64,000 nucleotides of DNA from an uncultured delta proteobacterium (GTDB taxonomy: Bacteria; Desulfobacterota; WTBG01; CAIYCZ01; CAIRTM01). The stretch's first letter is position 1. Each line of letters starts with the position of its first letter. The notes under the pieces are model-generated. The model was not told where the DNA came from. It worked only from the letters and a program-made list of their open reading frames with translations, and searched no databases. Where the stretch lies: contig CAWDSQ010000009.1 in NCBI GenBank assembly GCA_963804955.1, positions 147 through 64,146 of the forward strand. The letters run 5' to 3'. Both the position numbers and the translations under genes were made by a program. Shown here in pieces: positions 20,055 to 28,868 of this stretch.

Positions 20055-22372
20055 CTAGAGCTTCTGCGCCAGCACCTCGCGCGGTTTAATGCCGTCGCTG
20101 GGGCCCACAACACCTTCCCGCTCCATGCGTTCGATCATGCGGGCAGCCCGGTTGTAGCCCACGCGCATGCGGCGCTGCAGCATGGAGATGGAGGCCTGCC
20201 TCGTCTCGGTCACGATTTGCACGGCGGCATCATAGAATTCGTCGTACTCCTCTTCAACCTGATTTTCCGCCTCTTCTTCCTTTACGGCAAGGATCGACTC
20301 ATCGTAGAAAGGCTTGGCCTGTTTTTTCACATAATCGGTAATGCGCTTGATCTCCTTCTCGGTGATATGCGCGCCGTGAATGCGCTGCACCCGCGAGGTG
20401 CCCGGCGGCATGAACAGCATGTCGCCCATGCCCAGAAGCTTCTCGGCGCCCATGGTATCGATAATGGTTCGCGAATCCACCTTTGATGAAACCTGAAACG
20501 AAATGCGGCTCGGAAAATTGGCCTTGATCAGGCCGGTGATGATGTCAACCGAGGGCCGCTGCGTGGCAACCAGCAGGTGCATGCCTGCAGCGCGGGCCAT
20601 CTGGGCGAGCCGGGCGATATAGCTTTCCACGTCGCGCGCCGCCACCATCATGAGATCGGCAAGCTCATCGATGATAATGACAATATAGGGCATTTTTTCA
20701 TGGCCTTCGCCGTGCTCAATTCCCTCGTCCGCATCTTCCTCGAGCTTTTTATTGTACTGCACGATATTGCGCGTTCCCTTTTCTGCAATGCGCTTGTAGC
20801 GCCGCTCCATTTCCTCTACAGCCCAGCGAAGGGCAATGGCGGCCTTCTTGGGATCGACCACCACGGGGTGCAGCAGATGCGGTATGCCCTCGTAGAGCGA
20901 AAGCTCGATCCGCTTCGGGTCGACCATAAGAAAGCGCACCTCGGCGGGCGTTGACTTGAAAAGAATGCTGCAGATGATGGTATTCACAAATATGCTTTTG
21001 CCCGAGCCCGTGGTGCCGGCAACGAGCAGATGGGGCATGCGGGCAAGATCGCTGATGATCGGGGTTCCCGCAATACCCTTACCCATGCCGATGGTGACAC
21101 GCGATGCGGATTCGATGAATTCCTCCTGCGCCACGATATCCTTGAAGTAGACGGTCTTGCGCTTTTTGTTGGGCAGCTCTATGCCGACGACCGATTTGCC
21201 CGGAATGGGAGCAATGCGCACACTCATTGCTTTCATGGCAAGGGCCAGATCATCCTGCAGGTTGATGATGCGCTGCAGCTTGATGCCGGGCGCGGGCTCG
21301 AATTCAAAGCGGGTAATGATCGGGCCGGGGCTGATCTCCACAACCACGCCCTGCACGCCGAAGTCGCCAAGTTTGCGTACCAGTATGTCGGCATCGTTGC
21401 GCAGGGCCTCATGGTCTATAGTTATATCTTTTTCAGCAGGCGAGTCCAGCAGCGACAGCGGCGGCAGCTTATACTCTTTTGCCTGCTGGCCCGGCATAGG
21501 TGCAAAATCTTCATCGCCATCATCGGGAGCCGCCTTTTTTGCTGCTTTGGCTGCGGGAACCTTTATGGGAATTTCTATCGGCGGCGGCAGGGGCGCTCGC
21601 TCAGAGGCGGCGGCCGGAGCAATCACCGGGGCATCATTTGCTTCCACCGGAGCCATATCGTCAAAGCTGAAATTAAAATTATCCCGCACGGCGCGTCGCG
21701 CAGGAACTGCTTTGCTGCTGAGTTTCATACTTTTCTTTTTTTCTCAAGCAGCCGTCGTGCTGCTGCTGTCCGGTAGCGTTCTTTCAGCGCCTGCATGGTT
21801 TCCAGAAGGCGCCTTCCCGCCGGATCGGCGCATTTTTTCCACAGGGTCACATAGGAGATGCGCGTGAGGCCCATGATGGTTATCAGCAGCCCCATAAACA
21901 GAACAAGATACGCTCCGAATGTGCCGAGGTACCCGGTCAGCAGCGCAGCAAGCGGAGCGCCCACGCACGCGCCTCCGGCATTAAAATTATACTTCAAAAG
22001 GGCAAGCCGTCCCGGGTACAGGCTTAAAGCGGTTTCGACCATCAGGAACAGCAGCAGCAACAAAAACCCGTTGAGATACATTTTCCACTCAAGCGCGGGT
22101 TTGAACAGCACCTTGAGCGCACCGAGCAGCGCAACGGCAGGCACCATAAAAGCCCCGAGGCCCATGGCCTGAAACAGAAAGCTTGCCAAATATGAACCCA
22201 GCCGGCCGCCGCGTTTCCATAAATCTTTGGGGATGGCGCTCACGCCGGTTTCAAATGACGGATCACGGGGATCATAGTTAATGAGACACCACATCAGAAA
22301 AACGGCAAAACCGAGAAGCATGATGCCGGTAACTTCGGCGATATGTCGAGTTTGTTTCTTTTTTTGTGCCAT
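20055..22372 (-). pseudogene. ftsK: DNA translocase FtsK/SpoIIIE; one frameshift in a homopolymer as sequenced
   Basis: The 215-aa ORF is the 4-TM N-terminal domain. The 557-aa ORF contains the linker, the motor domain (Walker A GTTGSGKS) and a C-terminal gamma winged-helix. The two frames meet at the A7 run (plus-strand T7 21736-21742). Confidence 0.9.
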
Positions 22373-22672
22373 AGAAAAAAATAAAAGATGAAAAATCAGA
22401 AGGTTGAATAGCTTTTATGTTATTGAAACAGTCTAATGGAACCGTAGTCCTTAGTCAACCGCAAAATGTCCTGTTCTGCTGTGGCTCATTGGTGCAGACT
22501 TCGGGTATACACCCGGGCTCTCTGCTCACCTGGCTTATGCCGGAACGTTTGAGGGCTTCCCACAAAAAACTGTTCTAAGATCCGGGAATACGCCTGGTAG
22601 CGGCAGTGCTTGTAGTACAATTGACTTGTTCAGCAAAAGAACAACAAAAATGTTACTTTTGCCGCGGGGAAC

Positions 22673-22686
22673 TGTCATTTTTGACA
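22673..22686. promoter_or_regulatory. Palindrome TGTCA-N4-TGACA, candidate enhancer-binding-protein site upstream of the hydrogenase sigma54 promoter
   Basis: A perfect 5+5 inverted repeat about 100 nt upstream of the -24 element. Confidence 0.25.
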
Positions 22687-22780
22687 CTGCATCTGGCATT
22701 TTAGCCATAATAATCAGGGAAGCGAAATGGCGCTCAGCTCTAATGCCTTGATTTTGCTTTTGTTAAAATAATTGGTGAAA

Positions 22781-22796
22781 TGGCATCGGTTCTGCA
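22781..22796 (+). promoter_or_regulatory. Candidate sigma54 (-24/-12) promoter for the hydrogenase operon
   Basis: TGGCATCGGTTCTGCA with exact GG-N10-GC spacing, about 180 nt upstream of the GTG 22978 start. Confidence 0.5.
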
Positions 22797-22977
22797 TTAA
22801 ATTTTTGGTTGGTTTTTTATATCTTCATGATTCATGAGCAGGGGCATACTCATAACGGGCAGGTACAGAGCGGCTGCATAACGGATACTTCAAACAAAAA
22901 ACAGTTGGAGAACGTCCTGAAAAGAAGTATAAATATCAATTTAATCGACGTAATAAAATTACACGAGGGAGACGGTT

Positions 22978-23481
22978 GTGGGAACGCAGACAGCAGATAG
23001 TTTCGGAGGGATCGAGGAATTCACCGCGGACCAACTCAAACAGGTCGATGCCATCATTGTGTCGCACAAGGGCAAGCCGGGCGCGCTCATTCCCGTGCTT
23101 GAGCAGGTGCAGGAGGTGCTTGGCTATCTGCCCGTACCCGTGCAGATGCTCGTGGCAGAAGGGCTGAACATTCCGGTTGCCAATGTCTACGGCGTGGTGA
23201 CCTTTTATTCTCTTTTTACCATGGTTCCCCGCGGGCGGCACAATATCCGGGTGTGCCTCGGAACGGCCTGCTATGTGCGGGGCGGTCAGAAGCTGCTTGA
23301 GCGGCTGCAGGACATTCTCGGCATACAGCCGGGCGGCTGCACCGAGGACCGCAGGTTCTCGCTGGAAACGGTCCGGTGCCTGGGCGCCTGCGGCCTTGCG
23401 CCGGTCATCGTGGTCGACGAAGACACGCACGGGCAGATGAAACCAGCAAAACTTGAAGGCGTACTTGCCTTATATAAATAA
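22978..23481 (+). CDS. hndA: NuoE-like 2Fe-2S subunit of NAD(P)-linked [FeFe]-hydrogenase (HndA/HydC type)
   Basis: 167 aa. Motifs VCLGTACYVRG and RCLGACGLAPV (NuoE 2Fe-2S Cys pattern). GTG start. Confidence 0.85.
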   Translation: MGTQTADSFGGIEEFTADQLKQVDAIIVSHKGKPGALIPVLEQVQEVLGYLPVPVQMLVAEGLNIPVANVYGVVTFYSLFTMVPRGRHNIRVCLGTACYVRGGQKLLERLQDILGIQPGGCTEDRRFSLETVRCLGACGLAPVIVVDEDTHGQMKPAKLEGVLALYK

Positions 23482-23496
23482 AGGAGACTTTTCACC

Positions 23497-23895
23497 GTGG
23501 CAAAGCTGACAGTTGATGATTTAAAAAAGATAAAAGAGCGCGTGCTTATGGAGGACCAGTTCCGCTCCGGCCAGAAGCGCGCGAAAATCACCGTGCATAT
23601 GGGCACCTGCGGCATCGCTTCGGGCGCCCGGGACATCATGGACGCACTGCTTGACGAGCTAGCCCAGAACAATGTGAACGATGTGCTCGTCACGACATCG
23701 GGCTGCATCGGCATCTGCAGCCGCGAGCCTCTGGTGACGGTTGAAGAGCAGGGCAAGGAGCCCATCGTCTACGAATATCTGACACAGGGCAAGATGCGGC
23801 AGATCTTCAGGCAGCATATAGTGGGCGGCAAGGTGCAGAGCGAATTTGTTATGGCGCGGGGCAGGGAGCAGGATTCCCGGGGAGGTGACAGGTGA
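23497..23895 (+). CDS. hndB: Thioredoxin-like 2Fe-2S ferredoxin subunit (HndB type)
   Basis: 132 aa. Motifs HMGTCGIASGA and SGCIGICSREP. Positioned between the NuoE-like and NuoF-like genes. Confidence 0.75.
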   Translation: MAKLTVDDLKKIKERVLMEDQFRSGQKRAKITVHMGTCGIASGARDIMDALLDELAQNNVNDVLVTTSGCIGICSREPLVTVEEQGKEPIVYEYLTQGKMRQIFRQHIVGGKVQSEFVMARGREQDSRGGDR

Positions 23896-26800
23896 AAGTG
23901 TTTCGGGCTCATATACTGGTCTGCGGCGGCACAGGCTGCAAGGCCACCGGCAGCGAAGTGATACATCCGGCTCTGGTGCAGGAAATTGCAAAGCGCGGCC
24001 TTGCAGGCGAAGTGGTGGTGGCTGAGACCGGCTGCAACGGTTTCTGCGCGGCGGGCCCCATCATGGTCGTGTACCCCGAGGGAATTTTCTACCAGAAGGT
24101 AAGCGTTGATGATGTCCCCGAGATCATCGAGGAGCATATTATCAAGGGCCGGCCTGTCGAGCGGCTCATGTACCATGAGCCCGTGACGGAAAAGCCCATT
24201 CCCCATATTCACGACATTCCCTTTTTCGGCAAGCAGATGCTCATAGCCCTGAAAAACCGCGGGCTGATCGACGCTGAAAAGATCGATGAATACATAGCCC
24301 GCGACGGCTATATGGGCGCTGCCAAAGCCCTGCTTGAAATGAAGCCCGACGCAGGTCATTGCCGAAATGACCAAATCGGGCCTGCGCGGCCGCGGCGGCG
24401 GCGGTTTCCCCACGGGCATGAAGTGGTCGTTTGCCCGCAAGGCCGAGGGCGATGTTAAATATATTCTCTGCAATGCCGACGAAGGCGACCCGGGCGCGTT
24501 CATGGACCGCTCGATCCTGGAGGCCGACCCCCATGCCGTACTGGAAGGCATGATCATCGCCGGCTATGCCATCGGCGCGCGGCAGGGCTATATCTACTGC
24601 CGCGCGGAATACCCCCTTGCCATCAAGAGGCTCACCATCGCCATCGAGCAGGCCCGCGAGTACGGCCTGCTGGGCGACAGGATACTCGGGATCTGACTAC
24701 AGCCTGGATATTCACATCTATCAGGGCGCAGGCGCATTTGTGTGCGGCGAGGAGACAGCCCTCATGGCCTCCATCGAAGGCAAGCGCGGCATGCCGCGGC
24801 CCCGGCCGCCGTTCCCGGCGCAGAAGGGCCTGTGGGGCAAGCCCTCGGTTCTCAACAATGTGGAGACCTTTGCCAATATCGCCCCAGATCATCACGAAAG
24901 GCGGCCAGTGGTTCGCCTCCATCGGCACCAAGACCTCCAAGGGCACCAAGGTGTTCGCGGTCACCGGCGCCATCAATAATGTGGGCCTTGTGGAAGTGCC
25001 CATGGGCACCCCGATCGGCGATATCATTTTCGACATCGGCGGCGGCATACCCGACGGCAAGCAGTTCAAGGCTGCGCAGCTGGGCGGCCCGTCCGGCGGC
25101 TGCGTGCCGGCATCCGGCCTCAACACCCCCACGGACTATGAGGAAATAGCAAAGCTCGGGGCCATCATGGGCTCGGGCGGCCTCATCGTCATGGATGAGG
25201 ACACCTGCATGGTCGACACGGCCCGCTTCTTCATGGAGTTCTGCCAGGAAGAATCCTGCGGCAAGTGCACGCCCTGCCGCGAAGGCACCAAGCGCATGCT
25301 CGAAATCCTTGAGCGCATCTGCCACGGCGAGGGCCGCCACGGCGACATCGAGATGCTTGAGGAGCTTGCCGCCAGCATTAAAGACTCGGCCCTGTGCGGA
25401 CTTGGCCAGACAGCGCCCAATCCCGTGCTCTCCACCCTTCGCTATTTCCGGCACGAGTACGAGGCCCATATTTACGACAAAAAATGTCCGGCCTGCGTGT
25501 GCTCGGGAATGTTCAAGTCGCCCTGTCAGCACGGCTGCCCCATCGAAATGGACATACCGGGCTATATAGCGCTTGTGCGGGCAAACCGGCTTGATGATGC
25601 CTACCGCCTCATGAAGCGCACCAACCCGTTCCCGGCGTGTGCGGCCGCATCTGCCCGCAGTTCTGCGCGACACAAGTGCCGCAGGAGCCAGCTCGATGAG
25701 TCCATGGCCATTGCCTGGCTCAAGCGCTATGTCACGGACAACGCCCAGCAGACCCCGGGTTGAAGCAGTGCCCGTGACCCGCGCGGAAAAAATTGCGGTG
25801 ATCGGCGCAGGCCCGGCAGGGCTCACCGCTGCGCAGGATCTTGCCAAGCGGGGCTATCAGGTGACGGTCTTTGAGGAACTGCCCTTTGCCGGCGGCATGC
25901 TGCGCTACGGCATTCCCGAATACCGGCTCAGCCGCCAGGTCATTCAGGCTGAAATCGATGATATCGCAGCCCTGGGCGTTGAGATAAAAACCAACTGCCG
26001 CGTGGGCCGCGATATCGAGTATGCACAAGCTGAAGGCAGACTATGACATCGTGGTGCTGGCAACGGGTGCGCACAAGAGCTGGACCCTTGATATCGAGGG
26101 CGAAGACCTTGCCGGCGTCTGGGGCGCGGTTGAATTCCTGCGGGAGGTCAATCTCGGCAAGGAGGCTAAAGTCGGCAACCGGGTTGCGGTCATCGGCGGC
26201 GGCAATACCGCCATTGACGCGGCGCGCACGGCGATCCGCCTCGGCGCCCGTGATGTGACGATACTCTATCGCCGCGAAAAGAAAGACATGCCTGCCTGGG
26301 CAAACGAAATCGAGGCTGCCGAACTGGAAGGCGTGAAAATCGAGTGCCTCGTGAATCCGGTGAAATTCATCGGCAAGGCCGGCAAGCTGACGGGTGTCGT
26401 GTGCCAGCGCATGCGCCTTGGCGAGTTTGACCGTTCCGGCCGGCGCAAGGCCGTGCCGATTGAGGGCGATCAGTTCACCATGGCATTCGACTGCGTGATA
26501 CCGGCAATCTCCCAGTCCGGCGACGCAAGCTTCCTGCCCTCTGATGCAGGTGTTCAAGTCACGGGTAACGGCACGTTCAAAATTCAGCCCAAAGCCAAAA
26601 CCCGCACCGCCGATACGGGCGTGTTTGCCGCAGGTGATGCGGTGCTGGGGCCGGCAACGGTTGTCGAGGCCATTGCCATGGGCCATCAGGCTGCCGATGA
26701 GGTCGATGCCGCCATCCGCGCCAAAAACAATGAGCCAGCCCTGGAAGGCCCCTTCCGAAGAAGAGATCGTGATCCCCTTTGAGGTCGATGAAGAGCCAAA

Positions 26801-26945
26801 GGTCACGCCGCGGGGCAGAATGCCTGAGCTGAAGCCGGCGGAGCGCATTGCGAGCTTCAAGGAAGTGGAGCTCGGGTACACGGCAGACATCGCCTGGGCC
26901 GAGGCCTGCCGGTGCCAGCGCTGCGACGGCTGCGATCATGAATAA
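23892..26945 (+). pseudogene. hndC: NuoF-like NAD(H)/FMN flavoprotein (HndC/HydB type) fused to a GltD/NfnB-like FAD/NADP(H) oxidoreductase module; about 8 frame disruptions as sequenced
   Basis: Seven ORF-track fragments stitch to about 1017 aa. Elements found:
- an N-terminal 2Fe-2S domain;
- [26 protein letters not shown] and [12 protein letters not shown];
- then [60 protein letters not shown] and GVFAAGDAV.
Disruptions lie near 24352, 24688, 24881, 25637, 25676, 25755, 26029 and 26750. Confidence 0.8.
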
Positions 26946-27000
26946 AAGGCGTGCGGGCTTGTCAGCCTGCAGGCATGCAAGTTTTTAAAGGAGATATGCA

Positions 27001-28758
27001 ATGTCCCTGGTAACGGTTACAATTGATAAAACAAAAGTTCAGGTTGAGAAGGGTTCAACCGTCCTGGAGGCGGCCAAAACGGCCGGCATCAAAATTCCGA
27101 CACTCTGCACGTGGCCTGAAATAGGGCATCAGCCCGGCGCCTGCCGCGTATGCGTCGTCGAGGTCGAAGGCGTGAGAAATCTTGTTGCCTCATGCGTCTA
27201 TCCGGTCGACAACGGCATGATCGTGCACACGGCAACCGAGCGCGTGCGCAGAACCCGCAGGCTCAATGTGGAGCTGCTGCTGTCCAATCACCCGACGGAG
27301 TGCAATGTCTGCGTGCGCAACGGCAACTGCGACCTCCAGAAGGTTGCCGAGCAGGTCGGGCTGAGGGAGGTCCGGTTCGCGCTGGCAGAAAAAAGCAAAG
27401 AGGCCTCGCTGGACAGATCTTCGCCGTCCATTGTTCGAGACAGCCGCAAGTGCATCAAGTGCTACCGCTGCGTGACCGTGTGCGAGCAGGTCCAGACGCC
27501 TGCTGTTCTGTCCCTTGCCTTCCGCGGCGATGATGTGCAGGTGGGCACCGCTTTCAACCTGCCGCTTATGCAGACCAACTGCGTTTTCTGCGGCCAGTGC
27601 GTCATGGCCTGCCCGGTCGGGGCGCTGTATGAAAAAGATGATATAGCCGATGTCTGGAACGTGCTGCAGGATCCGACAAAGCATGTGATCGTTCAGGAGG
27701 CGCCTGCCATTCGCGCGGCCCTCGGCGAGGAGTTCGGCATGGCCCCCGGCACCCTGGTGACGGGCAAAATGATCGCGGCCCTGCGGCGCCTGGGTTTTGA
27801 CAAGGTGTTTGACACCAATTTCGCAGCAGACCTGACCATTCTCGAGGAAGGCACCGAGCTGCTGGAGCGGGTAAAGACAGGCGGCAAGCTGCCGATGATC
27901 ACCTCCTGCTCGCCGGGCTGGATCAAATTCTGCGAGCATTTCTTCCCGGACCTGCTGGACCACCTGTCAACCTGCAAGTCGCCCCAGCAGATGTTCGGCG
28001 CCATTGCCAAAACCTATTATGCCAAAATAGCGAGGCATTGATCCCAAGGATATCGTCGTTGTCTCGATCATGCCCTGCACGGCAAAGAAGTTCGAGTGCC
28101 AGCGCGACGAGATGACCGGCAGCGGTTTTCAGGATGTGGACTATGTGCTCACCACCCGCGAGCTTGGCCGCATGATCAAGGAGGCGGGCATCGATTTTGC
28201 CGGCCTGCCTGATGAGGACTACGATGCTCCCATGGGCGAGTACACCGGCGCCGGCACCATATTCGGCGCCACGGGCGGTGTTATGGAAGCTGCCACTCCG
28301 CACCGTGTATGCCGTGGTCACCGGCAAGAATCTGCCCGACCTGAATATCACGCCCGTTCGCGGCCTTGAAGGCGTAAAGGAAGCAGCCGTCGACCGTGGG
28401 CGATCTGGGAGAAGTGCGCGTGGCCGTGGCCCATGGCCTTGCCAATGCCCGCCAGCTTATGGACCGCATTCGCGAGGGCAAGGCAGACTATCATTTCATC
28501 GAAATCATGTGCTGCCCGGGCGGCTGCATCGCCGGCGGCGGCCAGCCCATCCCCACGACCAATGAAATCAGAAAGCTGCGCTCTGAGGCGCTCTACCGGG
28601 ATGATGCCGGCGTGCAGAAAAAGCGGCAGTCCCATGAAAATGAGTCCGTCAAGAAGCTCTATGAGACATTCCTGGAGAAGCCTCTGGGGCACAAGTCACA
28701 TGAGCTGCTGCACACGAAGTATAAAAAGCGCGGCAGCGGCCTGCCGCATAAAGCCTGA
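27001..28758 (+). pseudogene. hndD: [FeFe]-hydrogenase catalytic subunit (HydA/HndD type); about 3 frame disruptions as sequenced
   Basis: N-terminal 2Fe-2S and 4Fe-4S domains. H-cluster motifs TSCSPGW (canonical TSCCPxW), MPCTAKKFE and EIMCCPGGCIAGGGQP. Disruptions lie near 28035, 28293 and 28390. Confidence 0.85.
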
Positions 28759-28786
28759 GCGGCACTGCCCGCAAAGCAATAAAAAA

Positions 28787-28816
28787 AACCGGCTCGTACA
28801 TGAGCCGGTTTTTTTA
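28787..28816 (+). terminator. Intrinsic terminator after the hydrogenase operon (bidirectional shape)
   Basis: AACCGGCTC, loop gtacat, GAGCCGGTT, followed by a T-run and preceded by an A-run. Confidence 0.75.
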
Positions 28817-28868
28817 TTATGAAAAACTTTTGTTCATCTGTACGATTTAAAAACGCGCTTTTTTCCCT

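Noticed and set aside
21725-21742. FtsK encoded as two naturally separate, translationally coupled genes (ATGA overlap)
   Set aside because: The break falls in an A7/T7 homopolymer inside the linker, and a 1-nt change fuses the frames. Split ftsK would be unusual, so an indel is more likely.
22373-22780. Possible structured ncRNA (for example 6S-like) in the 600-bp spacer upstream of the hydrogenase operon
   Set aside because: I recognised no conserved ncRNA signature (RNase P, tmRNA, SRP or 6S hallmarks). I cannot support this without a covariance search or expression data.
24852-26890. Two long minus-strand ORFs (331 aa and 316 aa) across the hndC region
   Set aside because: They are antisense to strongly motif-bearing NuoF/GltD coding sequence and have low-complexity Ala/Arg/Gly composition. 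These are shadow ORFs.
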